From Glycera tridactyla (Eukaryota), in NCBI GenBank assembly GCA_965644265.1, contig OZ286461.1:30442001-30506000 (forward strand): a DNA stretch of 64,000 bases, read 5' to 3'. Shown piece after piece: positions 52,611 through 64,000 of the stretch (position 1 is its first letter; every line of letters starts with the position of its first letter). Below the pieces are notes generated by a model. It saw only the letters and a list, made by a program, of their open reading frames with translations. It was not told the origin of the DNA and did not search any database. Both the position numbers and the translations under genes were made by a program.

Positions 52611-53115
52611 ATTTGGATTTGACAGAGTTTACTCATGCTGTGTATATTGCCAGTGGCAAGTATCATGAAACCATAATATGTTCATGCCCGTTCATCAAGT
52701 TGCTAACATGAATTGATTAATAGTTTGTCAATTTCCATCATGTTGATTATGTATGTCTCTTAAGAGATGTATATATCACAACAAATTTGATGTTTAGTCA
52801 AAATGTATTCAGGTTTACTGGTAATAGTTGTGCCTGTTCAAAAAATGCCAGTAAATGTACAATTGAAACAGCTCACAAAAATCACCCATGAAAGCTTGAG
52901 CTGTATATGTATAGTAATTCAATGTGATGTGCTTTATTAAATCAAAGAGTTGTTCATAAAAGTTAGTTGGGTTATCAAATGGGAATCGATAGGTAAGTAG
53001 ATAAGTGACTGTTCACTGTTTCTGAGTTTTGCCCATATCTCTCCATTGGATAGTCAAGAGATCGTCTGAATCCAGTATAGTCCACTGTTTCAGCCCCTTA
53101 GCCAATTACATTGTA

Positions 53116-53194
53116 TCGATGGCTCAGCGCAATACTAGGCTAACTCTTCTCTTTGTCTATAGTGAGTTAGCCTAGTATTGCGCTGAGCCATCGG
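53116..53194. mobile_element. 79-bp hairpin MITE with TA flanks
   Basis: Perfect 30-bp inverted repeat (53117-53146 and 53164-53193), 17-nt loop. Confidence 0.85.
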
Positions 53195-53435
53195 TATGTC
53201 CTTATTAATGACATTACATTGAAACCTGTGACAAAAGACCCTTTGACAAGACAACACCTCCTATGGGAGACTGCATTCTAAAGGCAGCTTTTGTATTTGA
53301 CAGTTGAAGTTAAAAATACCTCTGACAAGAGACCAACTCTTTTGAGAGACCACATTTTGGTGACATTTACGTCGGTCTCTTTGCAGGTCTCACCATACCT
53401 GTAATCATCATTTGAGATATGAGAACTGACTGATT

Positions 53436-53850
53436 TTTGGCTCGCATGCGAAGCTAAATGCGAGTCTTTGTAATCATGCAGTTGGTCCGGCCGTCCGGCC
53501 GGCCGGCCGTCCAGCGTGAAGGTCTGAGGTTGAGGTTTTGGTTAAAGTTTTTCTTTGAAACCTCACTCGGCTAATATCGCACCTACATTCTTGAAATTTG
53601 GTATACATATGCATCAGTAGTTGGACAACAACATGGGAGCATTCTTTTTCATAATCCATCTCATATAGGTGGGAAATTTTGAGGGAAAAAAAGAGTTTTT
53701 ATTTGTGAGTTTGGAATATATTGAGACAGCTGAACGCATTCATTCTGCCTAAGTTGCATAAGACACCAGGGAAATGTACATGATTCACCGCCTGTCCTTT
53801 CATTGTTGGGGAAGGCTCTCCCGGTGACTTCCAATGCTTCTATTGTTCTT
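53436..53850 (+). mobile_element. Possible third HINE-like element
   Basis: TTTTTGGCTCGCATGCGAAGCTAAATGCGAG palindromic start followed by a GTCC/GGCC microsatellite; 3' end uncertain. Confidence 0.45.
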
Positions 53851-54173
53851 GGCTCTGTTACATAATCGTCTAATCAGTTTCATGCACCAACTACTACATC
53901 AAGCACTGTATAAATAGGTGGACCTTAGTTCACTTTCTCATACATACACTAGTATGCATATCCAATTATTTGCTCCCTCAAGCACAATATAGATAGATGG
54001 ACCTCATTTCACTTTCTTATACCTACACATGTATGGGTGGGGGTGGGGCCAGAGTTGAGGGGAAGAGTTGGGCCGGGGAGAGGGGCAGGGGTATGGGAAG
54101 GTGGGGCTGGGGTTGGATGATTGGTGGGGTGGGTCCTGTGGTGGGTGTGGGTGAGGGGGTGGGGTGGGGCATA

Positions 54174-55053
54174 TGGAACGCCATTAGGGACTTTATTCCA
54201 TATTCATGGATCTCCATAAATGCAATTGTCGAGATCAATAAATAATTCTCGATATCCGTAAATGAATTGTGGTACTCCATAAATGAATTATCGATCTCCA
54301 TGAATAATTCTTAATACCTAGAATTCGAATTATTGATCTCAACAAATCATTTATTGATATCGACAATTAGCAGCATTTATCGATCTCCACACTTCATTTA
54401 TGGACATCGACAATTGCATTTATGGATATCGACAATTGCAATAAAGGATATCGACAATTGCATTTATGGATATAGACAATTGCATTTATGGATATCGACA
54501 TATGTATTTATGGATATCCACAATTGCATTCACGGATATCGACAATTGCATTCATGGATACCGACAATTGCATTTATGGATATCGATAAATGATTTGAAT
54601 GAACAGTCACTGCTCGCTATCCACAATTGTCCATACCTCATTCACCAATCAGGAGTCGCTATCCACAATTGAATTATCAAGAACGACAATTCATTTATGG
54701 AGAATGAGTAATACTAGAGATATCTCGATATCCATGTATCAAAATGTCGATATCCATTATTATTTATGGAGAACCACAATTCCAATTGTGGAGATCGATA
54801 GATGATTTGTCGTTAACAGTAATTCATTCATGGATATCCACATATCATTTTCCAATTGTCGATCTCGACAATTGCATTTGTCGATCTCGACAAATGTCAT
54901 TATCGATATCGATAAATACAATGGTTGTTATCCATAATTCCAATTGTCGATATCGACAATTGCATTTATCGATCTTGACAATTATTTATCAATCTCGACA
55001 ATTGCATTTATGGAGATCCATAAATATTGAATAAAGTCCCTAATGGCGTTCCA
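54174..55053. mobile_element. Foldback MITE with ~65-bp TIRs, TA flanks and internal 21-bp tandem repeats
   Basis: TA|TGGAACGCCATTAGGGAC ... GTCCCTAATGGCGTTCCA|TA; (ATGGATATCGACAATTGCATT)n at ~54390-54590, mirrored at ~54850-55010. Confidence 0.9.
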
Positions 55054-55055
55054 TA

Positions 55056-55294
55056 GGGGCAGGGGGTCAGGGTCGGGGGAGGGAGTGCTGGGGGGGGGGG
55101 GGGCCAAGGGCCAGGGATGGGTGGCAGTAGGGGTCGGGGTGGGGTGGATGGGTGGGGGGTGGCTGCAGATATGGGGGTTGGTGTGTGTGTGAGGGGACGG
55201 GTGGGGATTGGTGGGATGGGTCTGGGGGTGGGGGGAGGTTGGGCCTGGGGTGGGGGAGATTGGGGGGTGAGTGGAGGAAAGGTGGGGTGGTGGG

Positions 55295-55337
<43 letters not shown>
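55056..55337 (+). repeat. G-rich low-complexity tract plus (CA)n microsatellite
   Basis: Many G3+ runs at 55056-55295 (also 54035-54170), then (CA)n to 55337. Confidence 0.9.
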
Positions 55338-55339
<2 letters not shown>

Positions 55340-55417
55340 TGTGTACCCTTTCGACAAGCGGCGTGCATGCGAGCCTTTTGTGCATTTATGCCTTGTTTTG
55401 TTTTGGCATGTTCACAG

Positions 55418-55516
55418 GAATTAGCAGGAGCAGCCTACTTCATTATAGGTGCCATCGCTAAGTTTTTTGCTACAGTGTCTACATATCCACTGCAGCTTCT
55501 CCAAACTAAACTGAGG
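55418..55516 (+). CDS. SLC25A17: SLC25A17 exon 7
   Basis: ELAGAAYFIIGAIAKFFATVSTYPLQLLQTKLR|GTAGGT, 99 nt. Confidence 0.95.
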
Positions 55517-56162
55517 GTAGGTATTGGCATTGAATTTTATTGCTTTTTTCATTTAACACAGGGTCTGTGATGTGTATGCTAGAATTCTACCAGTTTCTAT
55601 GAATTCATGGGACTGATCTGCACAAATATCATCTTTATGACTAGAAAGTGTGATGAAGAAGCAGGTTGGCTGCCTGTTTGGTTTTGTCTGTACCAGCCGA
55701 TGATGTAATTTTCCAGGTTGGCGTTTTGCATTCAAGTTTTCTTTGGGGATTTTGTCAATAGATATTCCACCCACATTCTTGAAAATCGGTACACTTCTGC
55801 ATTAATAGTTTGGAAAATCCATCAAGTATTAATTTCTATCCCCCATACAAAGAATTTGATGATTTCAAAAGAGATATTAAAAACTTTTTATGATTTGTGA
55901 CTTGAGTTTGGAAGCAGCTGAGAGTGAGTTTGGTTATGTTGTCTTCTTTGTCTATGTTATGTATGATTCTATGTGCTTCTAATGTCCTTATCTGTCTCAT
56001 GCGGCACTTTCTGTTGATATACAGCATTGCTGAAGTCCTCTGTTGTTTCCAAAATGCAATTTTTGTCAAAGGTCACAGGAGTTGTTCCTAGATTTTCTGT
56101 GGCCTTGTTTTCCAATGATTATGTGTTTTTGGATCATCAAAGTTGTATCCTGTTTCTTTCAG

Positions 56163-56227
56163 GGTGGGAGAGAAAAGGAGGTTTACAAGAATAAAGGAAC
56201 AATTGCTATTATACGTTACATCCTTAG
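56163..56227 (+). CDS. SLC25A17: SLC25A17 exon 8
   Basis: CAG|GGREKEVYKNKGTIAIIRYIL|GTAAGT, 65 nt, phase-compatible. Confidence 0.85.
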
Positions 56228-56325
56228 GTAAGTGAAAATTTAGTGTGTAATAGCTCAGTAAATTCACATTCAAGATTTTTTGCTAGATAGTGAAAATGAT
56301 TACATATCAGAGAAAAGTATCACAA

Positions 56326-56600
56326 TGTGCAAAATATGACACAACTTTTCATGGAAGTTGTTCCAATAGACATATTAGATTATTTGCATAAATTGAGGGT
56401 ATTTAGGCAAATACAAATGGTATGCATACTAACTCAGTGCATGCCGCCTGGGGCATCAAAGACCAGCAGGAGATTTTTCCTGGATGCACATAAAAGAATC
56501 ACTGCTGTCCTTCACAAAGGGTAGGGGATTGCCTCAATATCTTCAGTATTTTCAGGTTGTCAGTCCGATATGATCTAAGGAGGTTGAAAAAATGATAAAC
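56326..56600 (+). mobile_element. Nimb LINE 3' end copy (family B); further copies at 22965-23060, 34226-34365, 42330-42445 and 57060-57262
   Basis: Matches 45280-45590 (ORF2 end and 3' UTR: GCATGCCGACTGGG...CAGTCCGATATAACC...GTTAAAC). Confidence 0.85.
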
Positions 56601-56680
56601 TCAAACATTCTACATACAGCTCTTTTGGTTAGATGCATTTAATACGGATGCATTAATTCTTCCTGGGTTTTCTTTTGCAG

Positions 56681-56816
56681 GTTACATGGTATCAGAGGCC
56701 TGTATCAGGGCTTGGAAGCCAAGCTATTGCAGACCGTCCTCATGGCAGCACTCATGTTTCTTACATATGAAAAGATCACACAGTTTGTTTTCCATTTGAT
56801 GGGAACCAAATCATGA
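56681..56816 (+). CDS. SLC25A17: SLC25A17 exon 9
   Basis: [30 protein letters not shown]...KS*. Confidence 0.95.
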
Positions 56817-58734
56817 CCATGAAGGATGCCTAGGATATTGCATGATTGATTTGAGTGAACATACTTAACCCACCACCCTAGTCATTTTATGGGAGAATGA
56901 TTATTCAGTACATGTACATATGTGTACATGTACTAAATGTATGAACCGGCCGAAACTGATAATGGAATACTCCCAAGTGCAAGTGTCATCTGGTGCTCAC
57001 ATGGTGAACATATCCCTTGGACATGTTTGTTAGCCACCATCATATAATCCATATGAAGAAACTCAGTGCATGCCGACTGGGACATCAAAGGCCGGTCTTG
57101 TTTATAGTAGTCTTTTCCTGTATGCACGTGAAAGAACCACTGCTGTCTTTCGCAAAGGGTAGAGACGGCCCCGGCAGAAGTGCCTGTTTTCTTCAGCATT
57201 TTCAGTTTTTCAGTCTGATATAACCAAAGGTGGTTGAAAGGATATTAAACCCAAACAGACAAACTGTATGATGACCTGAAGTATTGTTCTCTTAAAAATA
57301 GGACACGGGTCTTCCAGAACTGCCACATCTTTATTCATGCTTTTCAGTTTAGGTTTGAGTTGACCTCAACATTAAGGAATGTTGACGAGCGTGTGAACAC
57401 AACTTCCACGTTAGGATTTGACTGACTTTAGTTCCAACTTTTCTTAGACTCCATTCAACTTTGCCATAGACAGAAACACTTTATTTCATGCAGATGCTTG
57501 CATTTGATTTATATATCTTGATAATTTTACTGCAAATAGATATATGTTTTATTTACATTTGTCATATTTTTCATTGTTTTGGATGTTGAATTTTCATGTA
57601 TGTATCATTGTGCAGTCATGTTCTGATTGATGAATGTCTGATATTCCTGAAATTGAGTGATTCCTCACACACTCATATTAGATAACTGAAATACAAAACG
57701 TGTTTCATCATGAGACTCATTTGATAATATCAGGGATGTGATTGCTCTGCAGATTTCCAGGTGTTTGATCGCAATGCAGCTATCCATGCATATGGCAGAA
57801 AAGAGCACTTTATGCCGATTATTTTGGATTTTGGATCATGGAAATTGGACCGGAATCAGTGGAGATAGAGCACAGGGTTGAATGCAGTTATAATAGTCAT
57901 TAGTTAGCAATTGCTGGGGTTTTTTGGTTCACAAAATCTTAATGAAAATCACCTACAGTCAGGTTTTCAGGGTATTTTGTTGTAAGCTAATCACATCCCT
58001 GTAATCTGAATCTCCTCCAGTCTATTCATTTGTATTGAGATTGGTTATGACCATTATATGTTCTATGTGAGTGGGTCACTATGATGGTCTTATTGAGTGT
58101 GAGTATGTATGATGATGGGAGTAAACACAATTATCAAACCATGATTGTGATCTGTTGTTTATGTATTATTCATATTAAGATAATGCCCAGAGAATCAGAC
58201 ATTCAGTGAAACCTGCAATAAGAGACTACTTTGAATGATACCAAAAGCAGTACCCATGGGTGTGATTGTTCCGTGGTCCGAGGTTTTCCCATGCTTTTAT
58301 CACAAATGCAGGAAGCCATACATATGACAGAAAAGTGCATTTCATGCAAATTTTCCCAGCTTTTAGATCATGAAAATTCAACAAGAATGAGCGGAGATAG
58401 AGCAAAGCATTTGGATTGAGTTATGGTAGCCATTAGTCATCAGTTGTTGGGAACTATATTTATTACATGGGTGTCTCAATATAGCCCATGCATTGCTGAA
58501 GAGATGAAACATGGATGAGATCCCACTTACTGAAATTTGCAACTTTTGTAAGTATATCAGAGATTCAATTGAACCATGCCCATCGCATCTCAGTATAGCT
58601 CAGATCGTGCTCACAAGACGAAACAACCAACCACCAACCAAAGTTTATTCATTTTTGACGTGAAGTTGAACGCTCAACAAAACAAACCTTTGGGTTGATA
58701 CATGTATTGTGAACTCCAGTCAGTTAACCAATTA

Positions 58735-59659
58735 GGGCTATTCCATTTATTAAGGAGTGGGGGGGGCCGGTCTGGAAACGAAATGAAAAAGCGGGGTGGG
58801 GGGTCTCGGAAAAATCGAAAGCGGGGGTGGGGGGTCTTGGAAAAATTGAAAGCGGGAGCGATATTAGAGGAAAATCCGAAAGCGGGGGGCGATATTAAGG
58901 GAAAATCCGAAAGCGGGGGTTGTGTGATGATCGGAAAATCGAAAAGCGGGAGAGGAGCGGCAATCAGAATTTTTCTGTTGAAAACCAACCGAAAACATCA
59001 TATCCGGCTACTATTAGTCAATATATTGCCGTCGGTTCGACCTGGCTCGTATTCATCATGGACGCCGCCATCTTGGTTATCAGTTGTCACCAAGCTCAAC
59101 GTAAACAAACTCCGTGAACTTTTTCGATGATACTATAAAATGCCCCCGAAATGCCGGTTTCTTTTGTAAATGGCGATTAGGTGACAGAAAAATGTCAAAA
59201 ACCGAAAAATACGATGAATATCGACGAACGGAACCGAAAATAATTTATGCTAGTGGCCACGTCTAATGTGTATCACGGGCGCTGTCGGATTCGGTCGAAT
59301 TATTCGAGAAACACGTGTTCGGCATGCAGGCCGCCATCTTGGATGCAAGTACGATTCTCGCGCGAATTTTTTCATTAATCATGGATTCTTGGGATGCAAG
59401 GCTGACATATCCCAGATTAATCTTGGAAATTGCGATTGATCATCAGACTAATGTCAATTATCAAGAAATTTGACGTATTTGTCATCTCAGCCTTGTTTTC
59501 GAAAAGCGGGCGGGGGGGGGGGCGCTTTCGGAAACCGGCGGCGAAAAATTAAAAAGCGGGGGTGGAGGAGGGTCAGAATAATCAAAAAGCGGGGGTGGGG
59601 GGGGGGTGTAAAAAAAATTCCTTACCGGCCCCCCCACCCCTTTTTAAATGGAATAGCCC
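58735..59659. mobile_element. PIF/Harbinger-type MITE
   Basis: TTA|GGGCTATTCCATTTA ... TAAATGGAATAGCCC|TTA (3-bp TTA TSD); subterminal AAAGCGGG repeats. Confidence 0.85.
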
Positions 59660-61372
59660 TTAGTCAATCATGGTGAATGGACTGAGACTGTTGAAATAAT
59701 GCCATGACGTTGAAAGCATACCATCCAAACACAATTGGAGACTGCTGGTGCATCAAATATATCTGAAGAACGGTCACCAGGTTCACCATGTCTGGATTAC
59801 TAGCAGGCTGGAATTCATGTGTTGGATTCGCTCACAGGACAGCTTGAAAAATTAGCCTGCTGCACTAATATATTCATGTATCTTTTGATTTTGTGGACGA
59901 TATGAAATAAAGAAATATACATACATACATATGATCATATCTATATGCCATGGGCAGGAGGATAACACAGTTGGTAAAGCCATCGGGTAAAGCTTCTAGG
60001 CAGCTTAATGAAAAGGTATACCATCTATAGGTTATCCAGTCCTCATCAATCTAGAACACGATATATATATATATACTTCGTGTAGCCAAGTGGCTCACGA
60101 ACCAACTTTAGATCCCCGAATAACGAAAACTTTCCATCTCAAGCAGTTGGCCACAGGAATATGCATGGCCTAGCGAAATAGGCTGTTGCCGTGGCCTATG
60201 CAAATAGAATTTGAACAAAACGGTGGAACACGCTGGAATTCGACGAGGATTCACTGGGGACCACATTTTACCTTACTCCGAAGGGTTGCTTTCAGACAAA
60301 AAGCCTTCTGGTTTCCTCTCTGGGCAGAGTCTTTCATTTTAAGCTATTCAAGCTGTAATTCACTTTTATTGATATGAATATCCAGCACCTTTCCGCAAGA
60401 TTCTTACCTATCACAGCCAGGCCACTGATGCAGCTTATCGGATGCGTTTATTATACCTTGGTCTAGTATTTACTGACATTTCGTTTGTCGAAGTTGAGGA
60501 AGTATTTATGACAGAGCTACCTTAAGTATATATATATATACATATATATTGAACTTGCAAGAAAACTTCCATGCCATGTCGAACCAGCTGAAGCTGGAAA
60601 CTATGTGCTCGGGAAATAGCATTAAGCATTTTGGTCGGTTTCTGGAAAGTTTATTTATGACTAGAAGGAAAATACTATATCCGTAAATTATAAGATTACT
60701 AGCTAGCCAAATGCTTCTATAATATATATCTGTTACGCCTGTGCACCAGAAAAAATATGATGCGAAATATTTTATGCATGTGTATGATTCAAACCTAATT
60801 AGGTGTACCTTATTTATTTATTTATTTATTTACTTTATTTTGAACTAATGTCGACTGATGAATATGAATGAATGTAAAACCCGCAACTAACCAACTGACC
60901 GATAACCGGATATTATGTATATATATGAATATAGAACAAGATGAACCAATGTACACCTTATGTCTCGGTGATAAATGTGAAGAGACGTCGACTCATAAAT
61001 AAAGAAGTGTTAAGTGTTAATTATATAATTTGAATCATTCCCAGCTTTGGATGTTACATGGCTGTTTTAATGTGGCCAAGTGGTACAGAGGAGAATAGGT
61101 GTGCCAAGGCGCATTTGGAGAGTTTGTTCAAACACCGGCAATTCCTCACATGGAAATATATTCAATGTCCACAATAAAGATGCCTAAAAACTTATGCATT
61201 CTGTCATAGACAATCACTCCCACTCCCACTCCAGATTAAGTGGAAGCCAGTGAACTGATCCCATGTTCACTGCGTAACACAGTGGTCATGAATAACCGAT
61301 CTGGTGGAAGCCTGTGAATGAATCCCATGTTCACAGGGTAATATCACGGTCAATTTTCTTGATAATAGGAAT

Positions 61373-61520
61373 GACACCGAATGTGTGAATTTCATAAATG
61401 TTCGCCTTTTGTTGGGGAGCCAGAAGTAGTCTTGAATGATTCCGCCCATGCCCATCGCATGGGTCGTACAATATAACACAAATGGAGCTGACGACGTTAA
61501 ACCAGACCAAGACAACCCAA
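61373..61520 (+). mobile_element. Older SINE-A copy (another at ~62110-62231)
   Basis: GAATGACACC...GCCCATGCCCATCGCATGGG...GACGTTAAAC. Confidence 0.8.
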
Positions 61521-62713
61521 CCACTTGGTGATCCTGCCATGTGATCTCACTTGGCCGTCATCATCCAAATATGGAGGGACTATTTGCACGAGCAATGACG
61601 CCATTTGAAAAAGCTGTGTTGATAGGTAATCAGCACCGAAAACGTGATGTCATTTGCTTTAGTTGGCCATTCGCTCAATTTTATCAATGAACATAATTGA
61701 CACATCAAACTAGATACAGGTACAACAAAGATCATTTCGCATCGATAAAACGTTTATGACAGGGCCCGAAATAAATGATTGCAGGTTTGCACACAAAAAA
61801 ACAATTGATTCGACCATACATTTCCCTGAAACGACCAGCTTATTGCCCTATGTCTGAAACTATACCGATCCGCTCTGGATTCTCATTTTCAACGATTTTC
61901 CGCTTGGTAATAGATGTCCAGTGGTAAATATCTGGCATATGACAGAGAGCAGAGGTGCAGATTTTCTTGAAAATCGCTTGCATTAGAGAATTCCAAATGA
62001 GGATTACCGTATAGTAGTTGCTTGTTGTATTCTACGTGCTTCAATGCCATGGCCAAATATAAATGTACTTGTGGAAACACTGTGGTCAACATTCTAGTAA
62101 CGGGAAGTGAATGTGTGAATTTAATAAATTTGCATCTTCTGTTGGGGACTCGGAAGTTAGACTCTTTAATGATCCCACCCATGTCCATTGCATGGGCGTC
62201 ACAATATAGCACAAATGGAGCTGACGTGACGTGGTGCCGCCGCTGATCCGAATCGTTTGATGTAGTTGGGTTGGTCCGGCACATCATGCGTAGCGATATG
62301 CGAATATGATACGTCTTCTGCGCATGTTCTGCTCATAATATGGACGTCCGCCGCCAGGAAATGGCAGATTAATATAACTCCCCAAATCGTACCCAGATTA
62401 GAGTCAGATGTCAGCCGTGGCTTTGCTATAATCACACATATCAGCTGAGTTGGGAGGCGAGTGAATGAGGTTGGTGAACTCTGTCAAATACAAATGTGAC
62501 GGATACGTTTCTTTGAAGTGTCGCCATCGGGAATGATGTGGCCTAGGTGTAGCATCATCCCTTCTCTTCTTCTCAATATCTTTTGGAGTGGGGGGTTGGA
62601 TGAAAACATACCTTCAAAATTGTCTATCATCTGTCTTTAGGCATTTTCTACCAAAATTACACTATCACCAGATTTCTTTCTCTTCACCTCTTTCCTATCT
62701 TTCTTATCTCTTC

Positions 62714-62865
62714 TAGCTGAAATGACACCTTGAGTGTCTGTGATTTTCATAAATTTTCGCCTTCCGTTGAGGATCCAGAAGGAGGAGTCATGAATGATCC
62801 CACCCATGCCCATTGCATGGGCGTCACAATATAGCCCAAATGGAGCTGACGTGACGTTAAATTAA
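62714..62865 (+). mobile_element. SINE-A (A2, nearly tail-less)
   Basis: 12-bp TSD TCTTATCTCTTC (62702-62713, 62866-62877). Confidence 0.95.
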
Positions 62866-63179
62866 TCTTATCTCTTCAGTGAAATGGTCTCAGGTGTAGG
62901 TAGCTGACGGTTTGCCTGTAGCAGATATTGTCATTATGCAAAAAGCGGGTACTAGGCACACCAGTTCTAGGTTACTAGGGCTGCGACTAGGTTACTAGGT
63001 TGTGTGATGGCATTGTACTGCGAGCATAGGGCATACAATGATTGTAAAGCTGGTTTGAAGTTGACAGTTCGTAATTGAAGACATTGGTCGAGTATTCTCC
63101 GAATCTAATGCTTTTCCTAGTGTCAAGTGCTGCGCTTTGCAAAAAAAGCATTGCTATCAGGCTTGAGTGTTAGCTTCCA

Positions 63180-63425
63180 GCCAGTTACATAGTTAGATAT
63201 GCCATCATTAGATTCATGAAGAGTAGGTAGAGGTGTGTCTGAAATATCAGCTACTTCCAATTGACAACATTTCAGGTTCCCCATCATCTTGTGTCCAGGG
63301 TTTGTGAGAGTGATGTCTGCAGGGGAGAGAACATCTAGCTTTCATTGACCAGGAACACATGGCATACATAATCCTGTGGGTTGATACATGCCGTTAAATC
63401 TCAAACAAACAAACAAAACAAACAA
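63180..63425 (+). mobile_element. Retroposon family C; further copies at 22649-22890, 44495-44622 and (old) 3807-4045
   Basis: CCATCATCTTGTGTCCAGGGTTTGTGAGAGTGATG...GATACATGCCGTTAAA plus (AAAC)n. Confidence 0.8.
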
Positions 63426-64000
63426 ACGCCCTAAATTCGTCAATTTTCGCCTGATCCGACTCTTGGTGGCACGAATAGACTGTGCAGGTCTTCCGGCGAT
63501 CATCGAACCTAGTTTCGGGGGGTCTGTATGCCGGAGAAGAGGATTACACCATCATTTCATTGCATTGTGTGGCAATACCACCGGCATTATCAGCGATTAT
63601 TTGTATGTGAAACAGTGAAGATACGGCCGCCGCACTCGTCCTGAAACCAGCGTGAAATTGACATATTTGGCGTTCTAAGGTGAAATAAATATGGGCGCCG
63701 ACTTGCCGCCGTGATCACATTTCTATTCGTCGGAGATGTCCACAATGTCTGCTTGCAAGTCTCATTTCAATCTGATGCGAATTCGCGATGCTAGGACGAA
63801 AACGTACCCGCCACACAATTTGAGAGCTGTGGATGGTTGGGGATGGACGGCATGAATCAAGCGATGGGATGATGGTTGTCATGTGTTACCGATCTATCAT
63901 GGGTGAATGTTGTGTCCTCTGCAACCATCACTATCATACACACTGAATACGAGATTACGGGGATCCAGAGGGAATGTCCCTGCCTGTAATACATAGAACA

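Larger units (their letters stand above)
46156..56816 (+). other. SLC25A17: SLC25A17 gene span (peroxisomal membrane carrier PMP34), 9 coding exons, 927 nt, 308 aa
   Basis: Spliced exons give an open frame with three carrier repeats (PLDTARTR, PLWVANTR, PLQLLQTK) and PMP34-specific SLCCSNFVYFY and EAKLLQTVL. Confidence 0.95.

Noticed and set aside
54023-55570. Several Pro/Gly/His-Thr-rich ORFs
   Set aside because: Translations of G-rich, 21-bp tandem and (CA)n repeats; only 55418-55516 is a real exon.
60100-61020. Possible LINE 3' end or last exon with AATAAA near 60998
   Set aside because: No translatable conserved motif or second copy in the window.
16275-62865. Recurrent CCCATGCCCATTGCATGGG palindrome as a CRISPR repeat or terminator
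   Set aside because: It is the core of a dispersed retroposon with TSDs and simple-repeat tails.

Overview
Eukaryotic (metazoan invertebrate, probably lophotrochozoan/mollusc-like; inference from repeat families and intron style) genomic window. It has one complete protein-coding gene: SLC25A17 (peroxisomal carrier PMP34), 9 exons, 46156-56816, + strand, 308 aa, all splice phases consistent. It also has probable 3' exons of an unidentified gene at 0.9-2.3 kb. The rest is repeat-derived. At 6.4-10.4 kb are two Helentron-type non-autonomous elements (HINEs), each carrying an array of ~145-147 bp monomers. At 13.6-42.1 kb is a block of decayed transposons: RTE-X-like LINE, two Ngaro-like tyrosine-recombinase retrotransposons, Nimb/I ORF1, Gypsy RT, a CxxH-type DDE transposase, ISL2EU-like, Helitron and DIRS. 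Their coding remnants are all on the minus strand, and part of the block is amplified as a 3-kb tandem array. About 20 short (AAAC)n/(AACC)n-tailed retroposon copies are all on the plus strand. Most notable: (i) the strand-uniform TE block (candidate unistrand piRNA cluster or TE trap); (ii) Ngaro-like elements with an SGNH-hydrolase ORF placed upstream of gag; (iii) a ~150-bp head-less, multi-hairpin SINE with a fixed 5' start and 12-bp TSDs, probably mobilised by the Nimb/I LINE. All calls are by eye; no database searches were run.
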